NCBI GenBank assembly: GCA_025603075.1
Contig: MU626370.1
Coordinates: 1-64,000 of the forward strand
Reading direction: 5' to 3'
Source of the DNA: Neoconidiobolus thromboides FSU 785
Taxonomy: Eukaryota > Fungi > Entomophthoromycota
DNA: 64,000 bases
In this document: piece by piece, positions 1-11,532 of the stretch
How the letters are laid out: each line of letters begins with the position of its first letter
Position numbering within the stretch: the first letter of the stretch is position 1
Position numbers and translations under genes: made by a program
The notes under the pieces: generated by a model
What the model was told of the DNA's origin: nothing
Seen by the model: only the letters and a program-made list of their open reading frames with translations
The model's database searches: none

Positions 1-335
1 ATACTCACCACTATACTACCCGAGATTAATATATTATTGTAATTTTTTTATTTAATTTATTAATTTTATTGCACTTAAAAAATTGAAGGTACACTAGCTA
101 ACATATAAGGATCCTGCATTTTATTTTTTATTTGTAAGATCATTAAAAATATTAACAAGTAATAATTTTTTAGATTTAAAGTAAAGAGTCTTATATTATA
201 AATATATATGTAAATTAATGTCAAATACTCTAATGATTTATAAAATTAAAATAAAAAAATATACTAAGTTAGCTTAAGTTACCATTGTTATAAAATTTAA
301 TAACAACATCGATACTTATTTAATAACTCTTTGTT

Positions 336-438
336 ATATGAAGATGTTTTCTTTGGCTTCATTTTTTCCATCTTTCAAGCGCTATTTGAGTGGAAAATTT
401 TTAGTAAAATTCTCAAATATAAAAATACATCTCTATAT
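336..438 (-). mobile_element. MITE family copy (reverse orientation)
   Basis: Matches the family core AAGCGCTATTTGAGTGGAAA; flanked by ATAT/ATAT. Coordinates of all MITE copies include the TSDs. Confidence 0.85.
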
Positions 439-847
439 TATTAATTTAAATCCTTTATTTATTGTCTTTAAAGATATTAAATTGATTTTACTTACCAGCT
501 GAGTTAATTTCAATCACCAGACCTAGAAATATAACAATCTTTTTACTAGAAAGCTATCAAAATATCACTTTTAATTATTCTTTATTCAACAGATTATTTC
601 CTTCAATTTACAGTAGTCATCATCCTTATTAGACAGGTTCAACTCAATATAATATTAAATAAAAACGTTTCTAACAAAGAACTTTCTAATAAGTACTTAA
701 TTTTTAAAATCATGTTTTTTACTAAATGTTTACCATAATTTAGAAAGCCTGGCTTGTGATATGCTATTTTGTATACTTTGAGTACACAAATTTTAATGAG
801 TATCATATTGGTAATATAAAAAAACGTTTTTTTAAAATAGAATAAGC

Positions 848-945
848 ATTTGGGGATGTACTTTTTCGTTTAACAATTTTACTAATAATTTTTCTGCTCA
901 AATAGCGCTTAAAAGGTGAAAAAAGTGAAGTCAAAAACACCATGT
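848..945 (+). mobile_element. MITE copy, first of a head-to-tail tandem pair
   Basis: ATTT-GGGGATGTAC...CTCAAATAGCGCTTAAAA...AAAAACACC-ATGT; right end shortened. Confidence 0.8.
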
Positions 946-1048
946 GGGGATGTATTTTTTTGTCTAAGAACTTTACTAACAATCTTTCTGCTCAAATAGC
1001 GCTTAAAAAATGGAAAAAGTAATGAAACCAAAAAAAACATCCCCATGT
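942..1048 (+). mobile_element. MITE copy, second of the tandem pair
   Basis: ATGT-GGGGATGT...ACATCCCC-ATGT; perfect 4-bp TSD ATGT. Confidence 0.9.
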
Positions 1049-1559
1049 AGTGATGTAGTAATAAATAAAAGTGAACTTATATCAGAGTTTCTTTTGTTGA
1101 TTTTTAAAACTTAATTTTAGAGGATAACGTTTTTTATGAAACATGATAAACCTGGGTAGTAATGTTTCTTAGAGGATCATACAACTTGGCTCTAATCCCC
1201 ATGGTGTAAAAGCTTTAGCCAAATGACTTTCTAATCTCATTTATAGTATTGCTTTGAATTAAAAAGTCACTTTCCCTTCAAGATTTAAGGTTTAAAAAAA
1301 CATAATAAACTTTGATTTTCCTATTGTTAACTGATCTTAATTATATTGGGATGATTGTCCTTTTCGAGAAAATTAATGTTGCTGCTATATATCTTAACAA
1401 TTTTTTTATACACACGGATGGATCAGTCTAAGACCTTTACCCTTAAATAAATAACCACTTTGCTTCTAAACTAATTTAAAATCAGTGTTGTTTAAAATTG
1501 TCTTAATAAAAAACTTATAAAAAAGTTTAATATCGTAAATGTTGAGATAAAAATGAAGT

Positions 1560-1960
1560 TAACTCTTTTCTCATTTGAAGGTGGAGTTTATTTTAACTTG
1601 CTAAATCTTTACGAGAAATACTACAGACACAGTATTATTTAAAATAAAATTATTTTCTAAATAGGATGTATTTCAGTCTAGCTTAAAAAATCACAATGGT
1701 TGTCTATTTAAGGAGAGTAGTAGTAACTTGAAAATGAAAAAGCATCTGAAATTATTTTGGGCAGAACTGTAAAGTTGATTTAATTTTTTTTAAAATACGG
1801 AGTAATTAACGTGTTATTTAGGAGAAATAGCTTGTACCATAACCTTACAGTTCAAAACCTCACTAACGATATTATTTTGGCAATAGACCCATAATTTCAA
1901 ACCATACCTTTTGATTAAACATTCAACTTATAAGGAATCTTATATTTTACTTAAAAGCTA
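1560..1960 (+). pseudogene. Possible highly decayed Ty1/copia integrase relic
   Basis: Fragments read EGGVY (~1577), HNG (~1692) and KLFWAEL (~1750), in the order of the copia GGEF..QNG..FWAEA motifs; many stops and frameshifts. Confidence 0.3.
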
Positions 1961-2525
1961 TAAATAGTAGGAATAATTGGGTAATATTAAAAATGAAATT
2001 AGATATATATTAATTTATCCATCAATCTATTGTAAAAAGTATTAATTCATTGTATACTCTTTAATAAGTGCTTTATTAAATATTACTAAACAAAATATAA
2101 TGTACACTTATTACTTTATTATTCCCAACATTTAACTCATCTTTATTTAATTTTGCATGCATGAGAGTTTTTGCAATTTAATCTATAAGGTCATTAAACT
2201 GGTATAATAATAACAAGCTAGATAAAGTGATACAAATCATCACTATAGTTTGAGTTCCATTACTAAGTGTAATGATAAATGTTTATCCATAGAACGTCAC
2301 ATTTTTGCATAATAGAACTTGACCAAAATCGAAAATAAGGTGTAAAAAAGTTATTTATTAAAAAAAAAGAGTGTATATTTTAAGAAAACAAAAGTAGTTA
2401 ATAATTTTGTATCCAGCTTAAAATTTACTTAATGTAAAATTTTAACTTGATATAAAACAATAGATTGAAATAAACAAAACAGAGAGGAATGTGGGAAAAA
2501 TGGAAGATTTAAATAATACACTTAT

Positions 2526-3140
2526 TTAGCTTTTACCCCCACGTATTTTACGCATAAAATTAATCCAGGACGCTGATAAAAGTTGAGCAACATGATCAAA
2601 TATAGGACGAAATACATCAGGATGAGTACTATCATTTAAATCTAATAAGCAAGCTTCTTTAATTTTAGATGGTAAGTTTAATTCTAATGAGGAAGCCGGG
2701 TTAAGGAATAATTGAACAACTAAAGTAATCTCTTCATTAAAAGGTAACTCATTAGAACAAATAAATTCTAATTTAGGTTTCTTTTTGAAATTGAATAAAC
2801 CTTTAGACCATCGATTTTCATTAGCTGTTAATTTTAATATATGATGAGGTACTTCTAAAAAGATATCATAGCTATCGGTAATTGGAGAATCCAGACTAAG
2901 TAAATTGACTGTGGGTGGTGGTACTAAAGGTACAAAACCATTTGGTCCACATTTTTTAACTGTATAATAGCGCTTTTCATAATTAGAAAACCATAGATAA
3001 AATTCCATGTTTTCGGAACTATGTTCAAATTTAGTTAAATACTTTCGAAAGTTCTCGAAATAAGGTAAGGTCATTGGACTACCCTCTAGCACTTCTTCCA
3101 TCCTTATATTGGTAGTATCTAAAGCTACGGATAACATCAT
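2526..3140 (-). CDS. RGS (regulator of G-protein signalling) domain protein
   Basis: FRKYL..EHSSENMEFYLW and LELNLPSKIK...HPDVF match RGS-domain helices; single ORF of 204 aa. Confidence 0.75.
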   Translation of the reverse strand: MMLSVALDTTNIRMEEVLEGSPMTLPYFENFRKYLTKFEHSSENMEFYLWFSNYEKRYYTVKKCGPNGFVPLVPPPTVNLLSLDSPITDSYDIFLEVPHHILKLTANENRWSKGLFNFKKKPKLEFICSNELPFNEEITLVVQLFLNPASSLELNLPSKIKEACLLDLNDSTHPDVFRPIFDHVAQLLSASWINFMRKIRGGKS

Positions 3141-4787
3141 TGATAAATAATTAAAAAAGATAGAAAAAATAAATTAGAATAAAAGAATTATGTTGAAAAA
3201 AATTTTCATTTGTCATTTATATTAAATTTTTCAACTACTAAAATTATCAAAGTACTGCAACTTTTAATAAATTAGTTATTCCAATGATTATTATGCCATA
3301 TCATTGGTTCAAGTGAGCTTCAACCATCCAATAAACTTTAAAAATAATGGTTATTTCTTTAATTAACTGGTTGAATCTTATGACTTTAGTTTCTTTTGCC
3401 AAATTATATAATGATTTGAATTAAAAATTAAGAACAAGTATTGATCCGCATAGCAAGTAATATCAAAGCACTTAACTAAGCAATGGCAAGGATTCTATGA
3501 GCAATTGCCTTTTATAAAGCAAGTAATAATGGGCTTGTATTATTTTTAAACATATTGACATTTTAATATCTTTAAATTAGTTTGATACTAAGATATATCC
3601 GTTTTCACATTCTAGGTACATCTATATTATCTTCATTACTGCTATTACTCCTGTTACTGATTAAGATAAAACTAATAACTTTAAAAAATGGATAATTTAT
3701 TTTTATAAGTCAACCATTGCAACCTATTTAGGTGGTAAATTAGCCATCATAATTCTTCCTAAATATTTTAATTGAATAGTTCAATAACGTCAAGAATAAG
3801 TTATTGTGGTTTGATATCAAATAGTTAACTACTATTATAACACAAAGTTACTAGTTCCTTCAAACTAGTGGTTGAACTAGTGGTAAAACAATTTACCATT
3901 GAAGATCAGGATATTGTCAGTTGTCCTAAAGGGTGAAGATTGGGAATTAATCATAATTGGAGTGGCCCAAAATTTTATAAAGGTCCAAAAGAATCTCGAC
4001 TCTAATTCTCTTTTAAACAATCTCATCAAAAATAGAGTCTTTGATCAAAGAGAACAAGTCAAAATCATTTACTAAACCTTTTGATTTACCAAGTATTAGA
4101 GTTATTATCTAGTTCTAGAATAAAGTTGTGACTCTCATATAAAGATTTAATGGCTTTACTCATAAACAAGACGTAAGACTATTTAAAGTAAAGCTTTATT
4201 AATTAATGTAGAAATATATTATTAATACTTTATTTTGTTTCAAAAAATGCACATCTAGAATGGAGTTGGTTTTAAATTTAAATTTACTTTATTTCAATTA
4301 AATGGAAATCATCTTAATTTAAATAGCATAGTTTGTTAGTTTAGATGGGAAATTTGCAATGAGGAAATTAGCGTAATCTTCAGTATTCATAACAGCTTCA
4401 AACATATATAATAACATATCGGATACAATTACATCCAACACCAGAATCACTGAAATTCTAGACTCAATAGCTTTGCACTCTCATGTTTATTACTAGTATA
4501 CTTTTTATTGGTTAATAATGTTATAAACCATGAGAAATTTGGATAATAAGTACTTTGTTTTAACTTAAATGTAAGTTTTATTATTTAAATTTGGAGTTTT
4601 ATAAAATATAATCATATTTCGCGATTTTAATACTGTAACAACGTTTTATTCATAGTATATCAAACTGAATCAATTATAAATTGCGTTTAAATTGAGCAAG
4701 TAACACATATTTGCTTTAAAATTATTGATTTTACTATTAGATAAATATATAATACTCTTTACTATTAATAACTTGAAGTAATAAACG

Positions 4788-4893
4788 ATATGAGAGTGCT
4801 TTTTTTGACTTTATTATTTTTTCCATTTTTTAAGCGCTATTTGAGTAGAAAACTTGTTAGTAAATTCTTAAACACAAAAATACATCTCCATAT
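4788..4893 (-). mobile_element. MITE copy
   Basis: ATAT-GAGAGTGC...AAGCGCTATTTGAG...TACATCTCC-ATAT. Confidence 0.9.
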
Positions 4894-5607
4894 ACTAAAG
4901 AAGTATGTTTTTTTGATCTGATTTTTTTTAGAACTTTTAGTATACAAGCTTGTTTTTGATAAAAATTTACATAACTATCAAAAAGTGTTTTAGTTTGAGA
5001 ATATTTACTTTGTTTTATATATATATTTAATATACTAAATTTTAAAATTAAATTAAGTGGTGATAGTAAAAAATAGAGGAGTATTATCAAACAAGGGTCC
5101 TAAGTAATAAATGTGTTAAGCTTTGATTTTTTAATTGATCTTTTATTATTAGACCATTATACTTGTTTTTATTTTATCAAGTTTTCTATATAAATATATA
5201 TTTTTGTTTAAAATTAAAATTAGGTTTTGTATAGTTAAAGCATATAAAACTGTTTAAAAATATTGTAATCCTTTAATGAAATTTTAAATTAACTTAAGAG
5301 TAAAATTAATTAAAAAAATTGCATATTGTTGATGACCAATTATTTTTAAGAAGATTATGTAATTCAAAAAATAATGAACTATGAGCAGTAAATTAAAGCC
5401 AGTAATTATTTTTCTCTATTTTAAAATGAAAATTCGATTTTATTTTTCACTATTAAATTTAATTGCTGGTCATTTTTTATTGCGATGGTAGTGCCTCTTT
5501 CTATATTAATATTTTATTTTTAACCTTTATTTAGGATACCAGCTCGATTATTAGCTATGCTTCTTCCATTTTCTTTTACTTATTTTATTATAATATTGAT
5601 TAAAGAA

Positions 5608-7443
5608 ATGATGAATGTTAATAAAAATAACAAAGATAAGAGTGGAATAGCGAATGTCAAGGAATTGGATGATGATAGTGTTAAAATGAATTCAAAAAAA
5701 GAAATTAAAGAAATAAAGGAACAAGAAGGATTGAGGAAACGAAAAGGGAATGAAAAGGATAATAGTGTTACTGAAGAAGTGAGAGAAATAAAAAAAAAAT
5801 CAAGCAAAAATTACATATATAAATGGTTTTTGGGTATCAATTTAATATTACATTTACTTGGTTTTATAATGATCTTGGACTTTGTGTTTTATCCCATGTA
5901 CTTCGAACCATTTAATGGATTAGCATTTACAAGAGTAACTTATTTAAGTCACAATTATGTGAATTTATTTTTAAGGGTACCAAGAGAAGGTAAATATCAA
6001 GTATATTTTAAAAACAACACCGAGTATTACTTAGCTAACGAAATGGAATTAATCGAAGGAAAAGATTTTACTAATATTATTCAAGTGGATAATTTATTAT
6101 CAGATACTAAATATGACTATAAAGTGGTTAAAAATGGAATTAATATATTTGATAAAGAGTATCATTTCATTACTCATCCTATACCATATTCTGAGAATAG
6201 CTTTTATTTTATGGCTGGTTCTTGTATTAAACGTCAATTCCCTTATATCCCTGGAAATACTAAAGAACTAAAAGGAATTCAAAGTTTAAATCAACTAAAA
6301 GCCAACTTCTTTTTCTTTTTAGGGGATTTTATCTATGCTGGTAAATTAGTTATATTCATTCTGTTTTATTATTTAATATAATTTTGTTTATTTTTAAATT
6401 ACAGATGTGCCTATTTATTTAAGTTCTAGTTTAAATACATATCGTATGTTTTATCGCCAAATTTATCAAGATCAAAATGTATTAAAATGGATTAATAATA
6501 TGCCCCTTTTTCATATTTATGATGATCATGAAGTGAGTTTTATAACAATAATAATGGATAATAATTTAGTTTAATTATAATTAGATTAAAAATAATTGGA
6601 ACAAAAATTTAGAAGATCCATATCCTCAAGCGATAACAGCCTACTCTGAATATCAAGGATTAGGTCCATATATAGTTAATAATAACTCTGAATTACCAAA
6701 AACATATTATACAATGACATATGGCAATGTAAGATATTTTGTAATGGATACAAGACGCTACAGAACAATTGATAGTATGCTTGGTCAACAACAAAAGAGA
6801 GAGATGATTGATTATTTTTTAAAAGATCAAATTAAATTTCAATTTAATTTTATTATATCATCTGTTCCTTTAACCCAAAATTGGCAAGGTTATGATCCAA
6901 AACAAGATACTTGGAAAGGCTATTTAAAAGAAAGAGAAGAGATTTTATTGAATTTAAAAGATATCAATAATTTGTTTTTTATTTCAGGGGTAATTATTAT
7001 TATTATTATATTATTGTTGTTTACATTGTTCTTAGGATCGACATGAATTAGCAGTAGTTAATCTACCTTATGATAAAATTGAATTTTCTTTATCACCTAT
7101 CAATCAATTTTATGCTCCATTAACAACCTTTAATACTCAAGATCCTAATTTGGACTCAACTATATTTTATCAACGACAAGGAAATAATAAATTTGGCCAA
7201 TTCTATATTAATACAAAGCAAAATCAATCGATTTTAGCAACAATAGTTTATTCTGATAGATTAACTAAAAACAATTATTTTAAGGAAATAGATAGGTTTA
7301 ATTCGACAACATTAAATGAAGCAAAAGTATTGTTTAATTTTGAATATTGGAAATATAAGGATGTAGAGCAATTTTTGGAAAAGGCTTTTAGTGCAAAGGA
7401 AATTTACCCAGTGTTTATTTTTTTATTTAATGGTAAAATGTAA
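5608..7443 (+). CDS. PhoD-family (alkaline phosphatase D) metallophosphatase with N-terminal TM anchor, 4 exons
   Basis: Manual splicing (introns 6341-6404, 6533-6584, 6990-7035) gives GSC, FLGDFIYAD, YDDHE, MDTRRYR and ISGDRHE motifs. Start at 5608 preferred over 5557. Confidence 0.85.
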
Positions 7444-8797
7444 TATTTTTTTGAATAATATTAAAAGAGTTATTTGTGTTGTTTGAGTTTTTAAGGGTTG
7501 TTTTTAAATATATTTTTATTTATTCTAAATAATCAAGTAAATATTTAATAATAATGATAATAGGAATATCGATATTAAATTATAAATTCTATGATAATTC
7601 TATTAGAAAGATATAGAGCAAACAGCCAAAATTAAATTATAAACTAGATAGAGGCAGTAATAAATTTAAATTCTATTAATTTTTAAAATTGGGAAGTTAA
7701 TTTCTTTAGAAACCCAGTTTTACTTGTCTACCTATTCATGAAAAAGCGATGTTTATTTTTAAGAAAAATAGTATTAAAATATAAAAACATAAAATCAAGA
7801 AACATAACAGAGCATCTAATTATAAATATTTAACCAATATAAACTTTGATTATGTATTTTTTATATATATTTATATTTATGAATAGATGAAATATACTTG
7901 TAAATACCACAAATCTGAATAATAAATGAGGAATTGTTTGTAATAAAATATTAGAGTTATATTGAGGTTTTTTTAAAAATGTGGGTCTTAAATAAACTAA
8001 ACGATCATGTTTTTTAAACATTGATAAAAAAATAATAGTATAGTTATTTAATTTATTGCTTTGTAACATATATACTAAAAAGTAAAATAGAATAAAAAAT
8101 AAACTTTCACAAAACTAATAATTAACAGATAAATCACATATTAAAGTGTCAATAGTTGTATAACAAATTGATGAAAATAAAAGAATTATATTTTTTTAAT
8201 GTAATTACTCAATTCTGTATTATATAATACATAAGATGAAATGACTATTTTAAATTTAATTTTATACCAAATAATAAAATAATATTATAATAAAAGAGCC
8301 AATAATAATAAAATAGGTTCCCGTACTATACAAATAAATACAAAGACTAAAAATGTAATATATTAAATAAGTAACTTAATCTAAATGTTTCAATGTTTTA
8401 AAAAAGTATTACATTCAATGGTCATCAGACCAAAATTGATTCAGCTGATAAGATAAACTAATTAATTACATTTTAAAAAAACAGTGAAAAAGAGTAGTTA
8501 CATAATAACATTAAGATAACAAACAATAAACAACTATCTATTTTATAGTATAAAAAGTTAAAACACTGTTTATAGCGGAATAATAAAGCAATTGACAATA
8601 CAGTCTCTATTAAATGACTTTGTATCTAATAAGATTTAAATTAACATATTTGTAACTATTTGATATAATAACCAAGTTAGTTTAGATCATTGTTTAAAAT
8701 GTTCTTATCTCATCAATATATATAATAGCATTTAACAAAAACATATCAAAATTTATTTTTTACATTATATCATTTTATCTTATTTCAATCTTAAACA

Positions 8798-9838
8798 ATG
8801 CCATTAACACCAGGTCAAAGTATACAAATAGTAATAGCGGTGATAGGTTTAATATTAAATTTACTTGTAGGCTGGGTAGTAAGCTATGGTTTAAAATTAA
8901 AGAGTACGGATTTAGTATTGATATTAATCATTGCTATTGGAGATAGTTATTATTACTTACATAATATAATACGAATGGTATTAGTAGGTACTGGTTATTT
9001 AATAGTGAATCCTAAAATACTGAACCCCACTCCTAGTTGGTGGTGTCATTTCGATGCTACTGTTGATATGACAGTCTATTTATTTTGTATTGAATTAGTA
9101 GCTATCTTGAGTTTTATGCGTTATTTAAGTATTTGTAAAAAAATGACATATAATCCAAAATTATGGTATGGTTTAAGTTTACTATCTTTTCTCTCTAATC
9201 TTGGGTTTTCATTAGCTTATATTATTAATGGATTTTATAAATGGTCAGATACTGAACTAGTCTGTGTGCCTACAAAAAACCCAGAGACTTGGGATAATTT
9301 ATTTGAAACTTACTATTATTTAACATTTGGTACTTATGTTGTACGTTCCATTATTTCTTTATTAGTGATTTCATTTTCGTATTTTAACATGACTTCGTCT
9401 TATTATCAAGTGATATCCTCCTCTGGCACCATGCTATTGAAAGATGCCAATTCATCTACTCATGTTGAACAAACAAATCCAGCAGTTCAAACCTCACGCT
9501 ATGTTTCTAATAATATTGAGCAAGATTATACAAGTCAACAAAAGATCATACGTAATCAAAAATGGCTAACAGTAATTAAATTAATGGGTGCTGTTTTCGC
9601 TTATTCTATCTCTGTGATCCCAGATATGGTTTTAAATATATTAATTCTTTTATCCAATAATTTAATTAATTTAAATATTGATTATACCATTCCTGTGGTC
9701 ACTAGTCTGCTATTAAGTTGTTATGGTTTGATTAATGCAGTATTTGTGTTGTCGTCGCATGACCCTTCAAGACGTTATTTGTTATTTAAAATGGAGTGTT
9801 TAATCACTGATTTTAAAGTTCTATTAAATTTGGGATAG
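8798..9838 (+). CDS. Seven-TM rhodopsin-like (class A-like) GPCR
   Basis: About 7 hydrophobic segments, extracellular Cys (WWCHFD, LVC), MRY at the DRY position, long third intracellular loop; intronless. Confidence 0.75.
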   Translation: MPLTPGQSIQIVIAVIGLILNLLVGWVVSYGLKLKSTDLVLILIIAIGDSYYYLHNIIRMVLVGTGYLIVNPKILNPTPSWWCHFDATVDMTVYLFCIELVAILSFMRYLSICKKMTYNPKLWYGLSLLSFLSNLGFSLAYIINGFYKWSDTELVCVPTKNPETWDNLFETYYYLTFGTYVVRSIISLLVISFSYFNMTSSYYQVISSSGTMLLKDANSSTHVEQTNPAVQTSRYVSNNIEQDYTSQQKIIRNQKWLTVIKLMGAVFAYSISVIPDMVLNILILLSNNLINLNIDYTIPVVTSLLLSCYGLINAVFVLSSHDPSRRYLLFKMECLITDFKVLLNLG

Positions 9839-10305
9839 TTTCAAGTCTTTTTATATCTTTGAAGCTTCAACGGTGTATTTGAATCTGTTTAATATTAATA
9901 TAGCAATATCACAATTTTATGGCTCAAAATTTGATGTTTAAAAAAATAAAAAATAAAGTTGTTATTTTATTTTTATATTAAAATATATCATTATCATATA
10001 ATAAAGAGTTATTAAATAAGTATCGATATTGCTGTTAAATTTTATAACAATGATAACTTAAACTAACTTAGTATATTTTTTTATTTTAATTTTATAAATC
10101 ATTAGAGTATTTGACATTAATTTACATATATATTTATAATATAAGACTCTACTTTAAATCTAAAAAATTATCATTTGTCAATATTTTTAATGATCTTAAA
10201 TAAAAAATAAAATGTAGCATTCTTATATGTTAGCCAGTGTACCTTCAATTTTTTAAGTGCAATAAAATTAATAAATTAAATAAAAAAATTACAATAATAT
10301 ATTAA

Positions 10306-10377
10306 TCTCGGGTAGTATAGTGGTGAGTATCCCCGCCTGTCACGCGGGAGACCGGGGTTCAATTCCCCGCTCGAGAG
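10306..10377 (+). tRNA. tRNA-Asp(GTC)
   Basis: Cloverleaf TCTCGGG..CTCGAGA; anticodon loop CTGTCAC; GGTTCAATTCC T-arm. Confidence 0.97.
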
Positions 10378-10579
10378 TATATCACTTTTCTTTTATGAAA
10401 TCAAACACAACGGGATAGCTATTTTAAAACAAGTAGTGACATTTGATGTAATAGTTTTATAAAGACATACAAAATGATTGATTTGTTATTTAAACAGTAT
10501 TAAAAATTCATTGTTTGACTTCAAATATTGATTTAAAAACTTTCAGGTTTAAAATGATAAACGAGTTATTTTTGAGTTA

Positions 10580-10685
10580 ATATGAGAAAGTATTTTTTGT
10601 TTAAGGATTTTACTAGCAATCTTTTCACTCAAATAGCCTCTAAAAAATGGAAAAAGTAATGAAATCGAAAAAAACATCCCCCTAT
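10580..10685 (+). mobile_element. MITE copy
   Basis: ATAT-GAGAAAG...CTCAAATAGC...AAAACATCCCC-CTAT (TSD with 1 mismatch). Confidence 0.85.
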
Positions 10686-11038
10686 TATTATCATTTAATA
10701 AACAATAAAACACCAGGAGAGTGTTATAGGATAGGGAGAGTATTTTTTAGCAAACAATTTAATTTTGTTTGTTTAACTATATAAAAAGATTTCTATGTAA
10801 ACTAGGTGTGTTGTAGCTTATTCAAACAGTTATACTTTTTTAATTCGGTTCTACTGCTTTTTTTATTAATTTTTATTCTCTTTCTTTTATTATATTGTAT
10901 TAACCTTATTATTAAAAATAAAGTTTTGAAACTAATTTTCACAAACAACTCAATAGCTTCTAATTGTCAAAAGAAAAAATTAAATACGCATCACCATCAA
11001 TTAACTCCACTTTTAAAAAGCTAAAATTGAGCAATAGT

Positions 11039-11145
11039 AAATGGGGCTGTTTTTTTTAGTTTCATTACTTTTTCCATTTTTTAAGCACTATTTGAGTGGA
11101 AAATTTGTTAGTAAAATTCTTAAACACAAAAATACATCCTCAAAT
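11039..11145 (-). mobile_element. MITE copy upstream of kinase-SEL1 gene 1
   Basis: AAAT-GGGGCTG...TACATCCTC-AAAT; perfect TSD AAAT. Confidence 0.9.
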
Positions 11146-11532
11146 AATGGTGTATTATACTATAAAATAATGCTTAAGTAAGCTTTAATTTTACTAACAA
11201 AATAAAAATACTTTTCTTTAAGGGCTTAAATTAAAAACTTAAATTAAAAACTAGCAATAGTAATAGTATAAATTTGAGCTATAACCAATTTATTTTTTAA
11301 TATATTTTATTTATTATTAGCATATAAATATAGGTTCTATAAAGAACAGTAATCAATTTTACTTAATGTTTTAATAAAATAAGGTCACTAAACTTCTAAA
11401 TAAAGAAATATCCAATCCAAGGTTTAAATTGCAAAAACCTAAGTTCCAGCTTTTTAATTTAGTCTCAAGCACCTTTTAAACCAAAAGTACGATTTAGTCT
11501 AAAGAAAGAGATTCAAATATCAAGTACTTAGG

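Noticed and set aside
3300-4100. LINE RT relic on the minus strand (TDNILIF, KYLG)
   Set aside because: Motifs are short, interrupted by many stops, and could arise by chance in AT-rich DNA; needs a profile search.
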